From Opitutales bacterium (GTDB lineage Bacteria; Verrucomicrobiota; Verrucomicrobiia; Opitutales; PNEW01), in assembly GCA_965197745.1 (NCBI GenBank), contig CBDANS010000005.1, positions 128,001 to 192,000 of the forward strand: a stretch of 64,000 nt of DNA, given 5' to 3'. Below, in pieces: positions 53,598 through 63,662 of the stretch (position 1 is the stretch's first letter; every line of letters begins with the position of its first letter). The translations under genes and the position numbers were made by a program. The notes under the pieces are model-generated. The model had not been told where the DNA came from, made no database searches, and saw only the letters and a program-made list of their open reading frames with translations.

Positions 53598-53831
53598 ATT
53601 TGAAGCTTTTATCAGGCATTTGTTGGCCTTAAATAACCGGGTTTAAGCCGGAAAAAGGGCCCACCATTTTATTATGAAATCATTTTCTCAGTAATATTTT
53701 ACTCTGTGAAAACTAATCGTAGTCCCGGAGTTCTCACTCATGGGAAAATAACTTGATAATATACAGGGAGTAAATAGAGATAATTTTGCTTTTCGGAATC
53801 TATTTATGAATCATAAGTTATCGTAATATCG

Positions 53832-54974
53832 ATGGAAACGAATGATAAAGGAGAATTACTTGATATGGATATCCTCGTGGTCGATGACCTGGAGGATAAT
53901 CTCGACTTGATTTTAGCCCTCCTTGAAGAGGATGAATATAACAGTCTTATTACAGCACAAAACGGGCAGGAAGCTCTGGATATCCTCGCGAGTGAGCAGA
54001 ATGTAGATCTTGTTTTGTTAGATATTAATATGCCTGTCCTCAACGGGTATCAGGTCCTTGAGCATATTAAATCGACTGAGCAATTAAGGGCTATCCCGGT
54101 AATTATGGTATCCGCTCTCGATGAAATGGATAGTGTCATTCGATGTATAGAAAACGGCGCGGAAGATTATATAACGAAACCGGTTGATGAAACTTTATTA
54201 AGGGCGCGCGTTCATGCCAGCCTCGAGCGTAAATATTTACGCAATAAAGAAAGAGAACTTTTTCAGCAGTTAGAGATTGAGAAGCAGAAATCTGAATCGG
54301 TTCTTTACCGGGTATTGCCGGAAAGTGTCGCTGAGCGTTTAAAGAAAGACGAAGAAAATATTGCTGAAACGATGGATGAGGTAACCATAGTATTTTCTGA
54401 TATCGTAGGATTTACACGCTTCTCGAGCAATATCAGTCCAGATGAATTGGTTAAGATTTTGAATGAGATTTTTCAATCCTTTGATCAACTCGTCACAGAA
54501 ATGAATCTGGAGAAAGTTAAAACAATAGGGGATGCCTACATGGTCGTGGGGGGCTTACCACCCCATAAAGATAATCATGCGGAAAGGTGTATGCAATTTG
54601 CTATTTCTACTCTCAATGAAATTGATAAATTCAATAAATCACACAACTTAGACCTTAAACTAAGATTAGGTATGAGTACCGGTCCGGTTGTCGCGGGGGT
54701 AATTGGCCACACAAGATTCACTTATGATTTATGGGGCGATACCGTTAACCTTGCCAGCCGTATGGAAACACTTTGTATCCCCGGCATGGTTCAGGTCGTT
54801 GAAACGACCTTTAATAAATTACATGATAAATATCCTTTCGCTCCACGCGGTGAAATTGAAGTAAAAGGAAAAGGCCTGATGAAAACATACTTGTCGGGGA
54901 GGGAATCAATCGATGAGATAGAGAGTCTTATTCTCTCTGAAAAGAATAATACGACATTGCCCAAGACTGATTGA
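53832..54974 (+). CDS. Response regulator-class III adenylate cyclase
   Basis: Receiver VVDD, LLDINMP, TKP; cyclase FSDIVGFT, EKVKTIGDAYM, YDLWGDTVNLASRME (Lys/Asp pair indicating ATP specificity). Confidence 0.93.
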   Translation: METNDKGELLDMDILVVDDLEDNLDLILALLEEDEYNSLITAQNGQEALDILASEQNVDLVLLDINMPVLNGYQVLEHIKSTEQLRAIPVIMVSALDEMDSVIRCIENGAEDYITKPVDETLLRARVHASLERKYLRNKERELFQQLEIEKQKSESVLYRVLPESVAERLKKDEENIAETMDEVTIVFSDIVGFTRFSSNISPDELVKILNEIFQSFDQLVTEMNLEKVKTIGDAYMVVGGLPPHKDNHAERCMQFAISTLNEIDKFNKSHNLDLKLRLGMSTGPVVAGVIGHTRFTYDLWGDTVNLASRMETLCIPGMVQVVETTFNKLHDKYPFAPRGEIEVKGKGLMKTYLSGRESIDEIESLILSEKNNTTLPKTD

Positions 54975-55107
54975 TTAAGTCGGAAAAAATCCTTTATCGA
55001 AGACCTGCGATGATTGTGCCTGTCGTTTATGAGAGTATAGCAGGGTCACCCCCGGAGTGAGCTTTTGACTTGTGGGAGTAGATACTTCTTATCTAGGCTG
55101 ACCCACC

Positions 55108-55905
55108 ATGGATCGCATTGCCCACGCATTTGACACAGCGCGCGCGAAAAATAGAGCTTGCTTCGTCGCTTATCTTTGCGCTGGCGATCCAGATTTCAAT
55201 ACCTCGGTTAAAACCTGCCAGGAACTGACAAAAGGAGCTGTAGATGTTTTAGAACTGGCTATGCCTTTTAGCGACCCCCTTGCTGATGGAATTACCAATC
55301 AGCTCGCGGCCCAACGTGCGCTTAATTCGGGCATGACACAGGAAAAAGTTTTCGAGCTGATCAGGGAAGTGAGATCATTCACGGACATACCGATTGTTCT
55401 CTATACCTATTATAATTTAGTCTACTCTCAGGGAACAGAACATTATGTGAACAGGGCCAGGGAAGTAGGCGTGGACGGGCTTCTTACCCTCGACCTGCCA
55501 CCGGAAGAAGCCGGTGATCTTCTCGATGCATGTGGTAAAGTCGAAATGAAGAATATTTTTATTATAGCGCCAACTACCCCGTCTCGACGAATAGAATTGA
55601 TAGCTGAATCTGCAACGGGCTTTATTTACTACGTCTCCCTTGAGGGAGTCACAGGGGTGAGGAGTTCGCTTGCGGCCAACATCAGGGAGGCTATTAAGAA
55701 AATTAAAAAACACACGACCCTGCCGGTTGTCGTGGGGTTTGGTATCTCTACCAAGGATCAAGTCCGGGAAGTGGCTTCCTGCGCAGATGGCGTTGTCGTG
55801 GGCAGCGCTTTAGTCAATTGTGTGGCTGCCCATGCGGACCAGCCTGAAGAAATCCCCGTTCATCTCTCAAATAAACTTTCGGAATTAATAAGAGGTATCG
55901 ATTGA
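55108..55905 (+). CDS. trpA: Tryptophan synthase alpha chain
   Basis: AGDP, PFSDPLADG, DLPPEE, YVSLEGVTG, VGFGIS, ADGVVVGSALV. Confidence 0.97.
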   Translation: MDRIAHAFDTARAKNRACFVAYLCAGDPDFNTSVKTCQELTKGAVDVLELAMPFSDPLADGITNQLAAQRALNSGMTQEKVFELIREVRSFTDIPIVLYTYYNLVYSQGTEHYVNRAREVGVDGLLTLDLPPEEAGDLLDACGKVEMKNIFIIAPTTPSRRIELIAESATGFIYYVSLEGVTGVRSSLAANIREAIKKIKKHTTLPVVVGFGISTKDQVREVASCADGVVVGSALVNCVAAHADQPEEIPVHLSNKLSELIRGID

Positions 55906-56016
55906 AATCAGTTTAATGAAGGGGATCGATATATACCCAATGCCGGGTGGGCCTCTGTGAAGTAAAATCCTATTTCCGGAGTTGTCCTCCAGCAGGTTAA
56001 TTTTACAAATATATTC

Positions 56017-56937
56017 ATGGCCGGGACATTGCACTTTATTATAGGCCCCAGTGCTGTTGGCAAAACAGCGCTATCACTTCCATGGGCAGAAGCAAATAAT
56101 GCCGAAATCCTTTCTTGTGATTCGCTGCTCGTTTATCGAGGAATGGATATTGGCACCGCTAAACCATCGGTGGGTGAAAGACAGCGTGTGATCCACCACG
56201 GAATCGATCAAGTCTCGATCAACGCACATTATTCTATAAACGAATACCAGCAAATGGCGCAGAGAGTGATAACTGATATTCACCAGAGAGGAATTAATGC
56301 GCTTATCGTGGGGGGGAGTGGGTTTTATCTTAAGTCATTTTTTGCACCGGTCGTGGACCGACTTAATATCCCCCCACCGCTCAAGCGGCATGTAAATGAT
56401 CTTCATAGGGTAAAGGGTTTAGAGGGGGTTACAAAAGCATTATTAGATTGCAATCCCAAGGGTACCGGTGGCCTTGATCTGGAAAACCCGAGGCGGGTGA
56501 TTAATGCTTTGGAACGTTGCCTCGCGTCAGGAAAAACAGTGGCGCAGCTTAGTTCAGAATTCGAAGAACTTCACCCACCATTTGAATCATTCGATAAAAA
56601 AGTGTGTATCATAAACCGTGATCGTGATGATCTCTTTCAGCGCGTGCGATTACGCGTTAAAAAGATGATCGAAGAAGGTCTCGTTAGTGAAGTGAGTCAT
56701 CTCCTTACCCAGGGTATCGAAAAGAATCCGAGCGCATCTTCAGCTATCGGTTATCGTGAAACAATTAATTATCTTAAAGATAACGGGGAGATCACAAAAC
56801 TGGAGGCTGCGATAACAGAAAACACGCAGAGGTTAATTAAAAAGCAATTAACATGGTTCCAAAAGCAAATACCCATAAATTGTGAATTACACCTTCAACG
56901 GGATGAAATCGGGAATCCTGACGATCTTTTCAAATAG
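56017..56937 (+). CDS. miaA: tRNA dimethylallyltransferase
   Basis: GPSAVGKT, DSLLVYRGMDIGTAKP, VGGSGFY, AIGYRE, KKQLTWF. Confidence 0.95.
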   Translation: MAGTLHFIIGPSAVGKTALSLPWAEANNAEILSCDSLLVYRGMDIGTAKPSVGERQRVIHHGIDQVSINAHYSINEYQQMAQRVITDIHQRGINALIVGGSGFYLKSFFAPVVDRLNIPPPLKRHVNDLHRVKGLEGVTKALLDCNPKGTGGLDLENPRRVINALERCLASGKTVAQLSSEFEELHPPFESFDKKVCIINRDRDDLFQRVRLRVKKMIEEGLVSEVSHLLTQGIEKNPSASSAIGYRETINYLKDNGEITKLEAAITENTQRLIKKQLTWFQKQIPINCELHLQRDEIGNPDDLFK

Positions 56938-56975
56938 ATTTATTCGTGTAAAATATCGGCTAAACAGACAGTCTT

Positions 56976-58613
56976 CTATAAAGCCTGGGATTTTTCCAAC
57001 TCATTTGATCTTATTTCAAATATCAATGATTGTCCGTTGTAGAAATTAGTGGCGCTTACGATCTGTTCAATGGTCGTATTCAGATTGGTCAATTCATTAT
57101 TTGCCTCGGGATTTTTTTTGGCCTGGAGGCTGACAAACACCCCTTTCTCATCAAGGAAGACCATGGGTGAAATTTCGCCTGGTGAGAGATTCTCAATCTG
57201 GCTGAATAGTGAAATATTAAATCCTTCCGGTGGCTCCCGCCGGGTAAAATTTTCAAAAATATCTATACTAAGTCCTTGTTCTTCAGCTATATCTGAAAAT
57301 AATCGCCCTTTGAGTAAGGCGTCGCTGAAGACCGTATTCAGAGTCTTACCATTTTCCATAAACATCCGCTTCCGTTCCGTTTCCTCGTAGCTATCAAGAA
57401 CTGATTCGCGGACCTCTTCAAAAGTTGGAATGTACGCATCTATATATTTTTCAAAGATTAGAACGGCAGTTCCGTCCGAGGTTTTTATAATATCAGAAAA
57501 ATAACGATTCTCATCTAGGCTGAAGGCATTGATTAAGGCTTGTCGGGGAATCTTGGTGTCAGTCGGCGGTTCAGATTTTGCATAAAGCTTGAGATCAGCT
57601 TTAAACCCTTTTTTCGATTTAACCAGCTCATTAAAAAGATCAGAATATCGCTCAATTTTGTCGCGATAGAGGCGAAAGGTGAATTCATCCGCCGATTCGG
57701 CAGTCATGCGCCCAGCTATTTCCTGTAAGTAAGCTTCTCTGACTTTATCTTTAACATCTAAATAGGTTAATTCTTTATCATTACCCTCATCATTTTTTTC
57801 TTCGTTATTATTGAATCGCCATTTTTGACGGTCATAAAAAGATTCGAGTTCACTCTCTTCAGGCGATTCAACCTCATCAAGAAAATTGCTCAGGGAAAAT
57901 ATTATGGGTGATACTTTAATTCTACGGGGCACTTCATATCGGAATTTACTTTTCTCGTAGAAATCTTTCAGCTTTCCCTCATCGATTAAGATGAATGGTT
58001 TATAGCTTGCGTAGTTAAGGGTGGCTACGTTGACAGTCCACAGAGTATTTAACAGCTCGATATGTTTTAAGGCTTCAAATGGCTGAATGTATCCTGGACC
58101 AATAATGGCCTCTTGAACTTTATCAATGCGGTAATCTTCCGCTAAAATCTGGGCTACACGCTCTTCGGAAAACCCTGAATCAGCTTGAACAACATTTTTG
58201 AAAATCAAATAAATCTCTTCATTGAATTTTCCATTTTCATCCATAAATGAGCGCCGTGAAGTAAGGTATTCACGTACTTGTTTCTCGTTGGGCCCTGGCA
58301 CGCTGAGATCATCAGCAAGAGCGAGAAATGCGATTCGATTGAAAGCAAGATCCTCAATCATTTCTTTCTTGTAGGGGCGTCGTCCGGACTGTATCCAGGC
58401 GCTTATTTCAGCACCTCGGTAGATCTTCTGCATATCCACTTCTGAGGCCAGGTTATAACCAAAATAATCCAATTCGCGAACGGACATCCCGCTCTTCAAT
58501 CCGCTTCGACCTGGAGTAACCGTAAAGACAAAAGCCACGATGACAGGGGCCAGGAGAAGAAGAAACATCCATTTACCGTATTTTCGGGTAATAGATTGTA
58601 GCCAGGTAAACAT
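56976..58613 (-). CDS. PpiD/SurA-like membrane-anchored periplasmic chaperone
   Basis: MFTWLQ start, N-terminal TM, FYEKSKFRYEVP, PTFEEVRE, LSPGEISP. Start moved to the ATG at 58613. Confidence 0.75.
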   Translation of the reverse strand: MFTWLQSITRKYGKWMFLLLLAPVIVAFVFTVTPGRSGLKSGMSVRELDYFGYNLASEVDMQKIYRGAEISAWIQSGRRPYKKEMIEDLAFNRIAFLALADDLSVPGPNEKQVREYLTSRRSFMDENGKFNEEIYLIFKNVVQADSGFSEERVAQILAEDYRIDKVQEAIIGPGYIQPFEALKHIELLNTLWTVNVATLNYASYKPFILIDEGKLKDFYEKSKFRYEVPRRIKVSPIIFSLSNFLDEVESPEESELESFYDRQKWRFNNNEEKNDEGNDKELTYLDVKDKVREAYLQEIAGRMTAESADEFTFRLYRDKIERYSDLFNELVKSKKGFKADLKLYAKSEPPTDTKIPRQALINAFSLDENRYFSDIIKTSDGTAVLIFEKYIDAYIPTFEEVRESVLDSYEETERKRMFMENGKTLNTVFSDALLKGRLFSDIAEEQGLSIDIFENFTRREPPEGFNISLFSQIENLSPGEISPMVFLDEKGVFVSLQAKKNPEANNELTNLNTTIEQIVSATNFYNGQSLIFEIRSNELEKSQAL

Positions 58614-58729
58614 TAAGTAGGATAAATTAAAACGCTCAAAAGTATGGTTATATACATCGCTGTCAATAGACTTGTGTGATTCGCCTGGAGTAAAGCTCTG
58701 ACGGGTGCTATACCATCGCCGTATTTTAG

Positions 58730-58993
58730 TCAGAAAAGATTTATAGCTTGTATGCTTTCGATGACAATCCAAAATCCAACGCCAATGACAATAATGACAA
58801 TACTGAATAAAATGAAACGGCGGCGGCGATAAGGCGTTTCGTATTTACCTAAATTTTTATCCCAAAACCGCGATGATTGTAAATGACCCAAAAAGCCTGG
58901 ACCAAACAATGGCTTGTAAAGTCGCTTATCAATCCTGTAAGTGTCCGCTTTTTGCGAACGTTTGAATCTCCATTTAAAATACCACTTTATCAT
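58730..58993 (-). CDS. Small basic hypothetical protein with a C-terminal TM helix
   Basis: 87 aa; RRRR followed by FILFSIVIIVIGVGFWIV. Confidence 0.55.
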   Translation of the reverse strand: MIKWYFKWRFKRSQKADTYRIDKRLYKPLFGPGFLGHLQSSRFWDKNLGKYETPYRRRRFILFSIVIIVIGVGFWIVIESIQAINLF

Positions 58994-59186
58994 TGCGTGT
59001 GATTGTCGTTAACCAATTTTCACTTAATGTAATGACCGACCTCAAACGCGATTGGTAACATCAGACTAAATTCATTTGGCGTTTTGGCAAGTTTTGAATT
59101 GAGTTGTCGCTATAGATATTTTTTATAGGAGATAATTAAATAAGGTTATAGCATGGTGCTGGATAGAGGTCCTATCCTTATTAGAC

Positions 59187-59960
59187 ATGAAAGTTACCAC
59201 TCAATATATCCGCAAACTTAAGGGTGAACGTCCGATCGTTGCCCTTACTGCTTATGATAATATCAGTGCCAGGATCCTTGACCGTTCTGGTGTCGACCTC
59301 ATTCTGGTCGGTGACACTGTGGGGATCAGTCTTCTCGGGTTTGAATCCACTGTCCCTGTGACTTTTGATATGATTTTACATCATGCGGCAGCCGTTATGC
59401 GTGCGCGTCCTAATGCCCTTGTCATCGCTGATATGCCCTTTCCAGAAGCCCATCGAAGCATGGACCTACTCCTCGAATCCTGTCGGCGCCTGATGCAGGA
59501 AGCGGGGGTCGAAGGCGTAAAGCTTGAAGGCGGGAAAAACATTGCTTCTAAGGTCTCCAAGTTAGTCGATGCCGGTATTCCCGTTCTGGGCCACATTGGT
59601 GTCCTCCCTCAGCGCATACACCAGCTGGGAAGCTATTATAAAGTGGGGAAAACACCCAAGCGCAGAAAACAACTGATCGACGATGCCAAGGCCTTGGAAG
59701 AAGCGGGAGTCTTTGCCATCGTGGGGGAAGATATAGACGAAGCACTGAGTAAAGAGCTGACTGCGATATTAAGGGTTCCATTTATTGGCATAGGCAGCGG
59801 ACCACACTGTGATGGACAGATTTTGGTGTCGACTGATCTTCTTGGACTGACCCCGGGGGAGATTCCTCCATTTATCAAACCCTATGTCAATCTAACCAAG
59901 GCTACGATGAAGGCGGTCAAAGCCTGGGCCGAAGATGTTCGCCAGAAAAAATATCCGTGA
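59187..59960 (+). CDS. panB: 3-methyl-2-oxobutanoate hydroxymethyltransferase
   Basis: LTAYD, ILVGD, ADMPF, VKLEGG, GHIG..PQ, IGIGSG..CDGQILV. Confidence 0.96.
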   Translation: MKVTTQYIRKLKGERPIVALTAYDNISARILDRSGVDLILVGDTVGISLLGFESTVPVTFDMILHHAAAVMRARPNALVIADMPFPEAHRSMDLLLESCRRLMQEAGVEGVKLEGGKNIASKVSKLVDAGIPVLGHIGVLPQRIHQLGSYYKVGKTPKRRKQLIDDAKALEEAGVFAIVGEDIDEALSKELTAILRVPFIGIGSGPHCDGQILVSTDLLGLTPGEIPPFIKPYVNLTKATMKAVKAWAEDVRQKKYP

Positions 59961-60964
59961 TGAATTTTTGCATTCTGGGAGCAGGCGCATGGGGAACGGC
60001 AATGGCAATCCATTTAGCGCGTTTTGATCACACTGTAACCTTGGTGTCACGGCGAGTTGAACAGGCAACAGAGATCGCGACTTCGAGGAAAAATAAAATA
60101 TATCTGCCCGGATATAAACTTGATTTCAACATTCAAGTAGGCTGTGAAATTAAACCTGCCCTGATGGAAGCGGATGCAGTGATTCTTGCCTGTCCATCGA
60201 AATATTTGCGGGGGGTCTGCAAGCAGGTGGGAGAACATATTGATCAGGCCCTACAACTTAAAATGTTCATTGCTTTAAGTAAAGGTCTCGAAGAAGGAAC
60301 TAACAATACCCCATTAGAAATTGTAGCAGAAATCTTCCCTCAATTCGCAAACGGTGTTCTTTGTGGTCCCAACTACGCGGCGGAAGTCGCGGCGGGTAAA
60401 CCGACCGCCATTGTTTTCGCCACGGCCAGTAACAACGATCTGACGAGAGCAATACAGCAAGCCATAAGCAATGAAAATCTCCGTGTCTACACTTCCCCGG
60501 ATGTGACCGGAGTAGAGTTGGGGGCCTGTTTGAAAAATGTCTATGCCATCGCTGTTGGAATCTGTGATGGCCTCCACCTGGGAGATAATGCAAAGGCCGC
60601 GCTTATTACCAGGGCTCTATCAGAAATGGTTCGCGTGGGCACATCACTGGGCGGCCGTAAAGAGACTTTTTACGGACTGAGTGGAGTAGGTGATCTCGTT
60701 GCAACTTGCAATGGTTTGTGGAGCCGAAACCGATCTTTTGGGGAAATTCTCGCGAAAGGTGAAACAATAGGCTCTCTCCTTGACAAGAAGATTGCGACTG
60801 TAGAAGGTTACTCCTCGACACAATGCTTTTATAAGATATGTAAAAAGAATGGGGTAGAAGCGCCTATCCTGGAAGAAGTTTACGAGGTGCTTTATAATGG
60901 AAAAGAAGCTGAAACAGCTTTATTTAACCTTATGACGCGTGAGCTGAAAGCCGAATCAATATGA
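59957..60964 (+). CDS. gpsA: NAD(P)H-dependent glycerol-3-phosphate dehydrogenase
   Basis: GAGAWGTA, SKGLE, GPNYA, LKNVYAIA, GVGDLVATC, SRNR. Confidence 0.96.
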   Translation: MMNFCILGAGAWGTAMAIHLARFDHTVTLVSRRVEQATEIATSRKNKIYLPGYKLDFNIQVGCEIKPALMEADAVILACPSKYLRGVCKQVGEHIDQALQLKMFIALSKGLEEGTNNTPLEIVAEIFPQFANGVLCGPNYAAEVAAGKPTAIVFATASNNDLTRAIQQAISNENLRVYTSPDVTGVELGACLKNVYAIAVGICDGLHLGDNAKAALITRALSEMVRVGTSLGGRKETFYGLSGVGDLVATCNGLWSRNRSFGEILAKGETIGSLLDKKIATVEGYSSTQCFYKICKKNGVEAPILEEVYEVLYNGKEAETALFNLMTRELKAESI

Positions 60965-61015
60965 ATTGTTTAGAGGCTTCCCGATGACTCTTTTAAAGGT
61001 TTATTTATATTCGCG

Positions 61016-62359
61016 TCATAATTCAGTCTTCTTTTCAGGCTGCTTCAATTGCGTTCCCATAAAAATGGGAAAGATGAGAAGCACTGCACCTGTGAGGTAA
61101 GTCGTTTTTGATCCCAGGTACCAGTAGAGAAATGCAAAGAAAAGCGGGCCTAAAGCCCGGGCCAGCGATCCCGCCGAGCGGAATGATCCAATATCACGTC
61201 CCTGGTCTGACTTGGTTGAATAAAGTGATGCTAGTGACGTTAGCGTAGGGGTTGTAAATCCAACGGACAAGCCCAGTAAACCGAGTCCAAAGTAGAAGAG
61301 TTGCCAGTGGGGTGAATGAGCCAGGCATACAAAAGCGAATATTCCGAATAGCATTCCGCAAATCGTAAGTGATTTTTCACCAATCACGGGAATAATCTGA
61401 CGGATGAGCCCACCTTGAACCGCAATAAGGATAAAACCTATAAAAAGGAATAATTTAGTGTTGTCCGCGGGACTATAATTGAGACGTTCGAGGGCAAGAA
61501 AAGTTATCGTAAATTCCAACCCACTGAATGCTATAATAAAGATGAAATAGATAAAGGACACCAATCTTACACTTCCATTATTAACGGAAAACAGGGCACT
61601 TAATCTTCGTGAGGATTGCCCTGTTTTTACACTGGGGTTTTTATATGCTTGAGGAAGTGTTTCCGGCAGCTTGGCGATGACCCAGAAAAGATTAAACAAG
61701 GCGAGTACGAACGCGAATAATGCGGGTATAGAGAATGGATTTATCCCGGTTGCGAGGAGACGGGGGTATATTGCCGTCAAATCGATGAGGGAGGACAAGC
61801 CGCCGATGGCAGGTCCAATAATAAAACCTACTCCAAATGCAACACCGACGAGTGCCATCCCTTTGGAACGATTTTCTTCACTTGTGATGTCGGCGACGGC
61901 GGCGGTGGCCACGGCCAGATTTCCACCCATGACTCCTCCAATGATACGCGATAAAAGCAGGAGGGTGAAAGAATCTGCGAATACCCATAGCAAATAGCCT
62001 AAGGTGGTTCCAGCAATGGTAAAGATAAGGATTGGCCGACGACCATAACGATCAGATAACTGCCCTAGTATCGGTGAAAAGATAAACTGGAGGATTGAAT
62101 ATAAAGAACCAAGAATTCCCCCAAAGAGGACGGTTGTTAAAAACTTCGTGTCCCCGCTGCCGCTGATCGAAAGATCTTTCATCACGGAGACCAAATAGCC
62201 GACAATAGAGTCTGGCCCTTCTCTCGTTAAATAATAATCAAGCATCGCCGGAAAAAGAGGAAAGATTATAGAGAATCCAACCAGATCCATAAAAATTGTG
62301 AGAAAAATGATTCTCAGATTTTTATTCCCTGTGCGGGTACTGTTAGTTTCTACTGACAT
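61016..62359 (-). CDS. MFS transporter (TetA/DHA1-like)
   Basis: DLVGFSIIFP, GQLSDRYGRRP motif A, GFIIGPAIGG motif C, about 12 TM segments. Confidence 0.92.
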   Translation of the reverse strand: MSVETNSTRTGNKNLRIIFLTIFMDLVGFSIIFPLFPAMLDYYLTREGPDSIVGYLVSVMKDLSISGSGDTKFLTTVLFGGILGSLYSILQFIFSPILGQLSDRYGRRPILIFTIAGTTLGYLLWVFADSFTLLLLSRIIGGVMGGNLAVATAAVADITSEENRSKGMALVGVAFGVGFIIGPAIGGLSSLIDLTAIYPRLLATGINPFSIPALFAFVLALFNLFWVIAKLPETLPQAYKNPSVKTGQSSRRLSALFSVNNGSVRLVSFIYFIFIIAFSGLEFTITFLALERLNYSPADNTKLFLFIGFILIAVQGGLIRQIIPVIGEKSLTICGMLFGIFAFVCLAHSPHWQLFYFGLGLLGLSVGFTTPTLTSLASLYSTKSDQGRDIGSFRSAGSLARALGPLFFAFLYWYLGSKTTYLTGAVLLIFPIFMGTQLKQPEKKTEL

Positions 62360-62467
62360 TCAGATAGCTTTATGGTGAGCGTGTATAATAACTGGCAAGC
62401 TGCTGTAATTTAAAGCATGCGATAACGATAACCCCGCCGAGACTTGTGGGCCGAGATCGTTTGATTT

Positions 62468-62947
62468 TTAAGAATTGAAACGTTCCTTGAGAGATTGCGA
62501 AACGTTTGCAGGGACAAGTTTTGTGATATCACCCCCAAAGCGAGAAACTTGCTTTATCAGTTTAGAACTGGTGAAAATATATTCCTGTCGCGGCATGAGA
62601 AAAATTGTTTCTATCTCTTCATCGAGGTGGCGGTTCATTTGCGTTAATTGAAACTCAAATTCAAAATCGGCAACAGCCCTTAAACCGCGAACAATGGTCT
62701 TAGCCTCCATCTCTTTAGCATAGTCAACCAGTAATCCAGGAAGGGGACACACCACTACGTTATTTTTATGAGACAAATTATCACGAACCAATTGGATGCG
62801 TTCCTCTAATGAAAAAAGCGGTTCTTTTTCATAGTTAGAGGCAACGGCAATAATGAGCTTATCAAAAATTCTACCTGCCCGTTCAGCAATATCGAGATGG
62901 CCATTAGTAACGGGATCAAAAGTGCCTGGGTATATCGCGGTTTTCAT
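62468..62947 (-). CDS. coaD: Phosphopantetheine adenylyltransferase
   Basis: YPGTFDPVTNGHLD, RGLRAVADFEFE. Confidence 0.97.
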   Translation of the reverse strand: MKTAIYPGTFDPVTNGHLDIAERAGRIFDKLIIAVASNYEKEPLFSLEERIQLVRDNLSHKNNVVVCPLPGLLVDYAKEMEAKTIVRGLRAVADFEFEFQLTQMNRHLDEEIETIFLMPRQEYIFTSSKLIKQVSRFGGDITKLVPANVSQSLKERFNS

Positions 62948-63062
62948 TTAAGTTTGCCCCATGAATAAATTAACTAGTAATATTTGCGAGTTAAAATATT
63001 AATCTAATTAGTTAATTCTTTGTAAGATATTCGTGGCATTTGCAATTACGCAGCAATAGAGG

Positions 63063-63659
63063 ATGAAGTTGCCAACCATATTGACCCTTTCACGTGTGCC
63101 CCTCCTCTTTATTATAGTCGTATTACTTTTCCTCAACTTTCCCGGTAAATCCACCCTCGCATTTATCCTATTTATTTTTGCCGGATTAACGGATTGGTTA
63201 GATGGTTATCTGGCCCGTAAACTGAATCAAGTCACCAATTTGGGAAAACTGATGGATGCTTTAGCGGATAAAATAATAATGCTGGGTATGTTCATCGCTC
63301 TGCTTGCTCTGGACATCCTGCCTGATTGGACAATTATACTGGTTCTCCTTATTGTCTCTCGTGAACTTCTCGTCACGGGTATGAGAATGGTAGCGGCAAG
63401 TGATGGCGTTGTCTTAGCTGCTGAAATATCGGGTAAACACAAGACCGTGGTCCAGATTATCAGCATCGCCGTTCTCCTTTTTTCTTTAGTTATTCGAAAC
63501 GACATAAGCTTATGGTTGGATAAAGATTTTATCATCCTCTCAACTTATTGTCATACCCTGGGGGTGATTTTATTCGTCTTGTCAGCAGTCCTTACCCTCT
63601 ATTCAGGAATCGTCTATATGATAAAATATGGGGCTCTTTTTTCTGGATCTTCTAATTGA
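63063..63659 (+). CDS. pgsA: CDP-diacylglycerol--glycerol-3-phosphate 3-phosphatidyltransferase
   Basis: TDWLDGYLAR...GKLMDALADK CDP-alcohol phosphatidyltransferase motif; RELLVTG. Confidence 0.93.
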   Translation: MKLPTILTLSRVPLLFIIVVLLFLNFPGKSTLAFILFIFAGLTDWLDGYLARKLNQVTNLGKLMDALADKIIMLGMFIALLALDILPDWTIILVLLIVSRELLVTGMRMVAASDGVVLAAEISGKHKTVVQIISIAVLLFSLVIRNDISLWLDKDFIILSTYCHTLGVILFVLSAVLTLYSGIVYMIKYGALFSGSSN

Positions 63660-63662
63660 TAA

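Noticed and set aside
55950..56012. Possible structured leader before miaA (gtaaaat/attttac, ggag/ctcc)
   Set aside because: The stems are short and match no riboswitch consensus I recognise.
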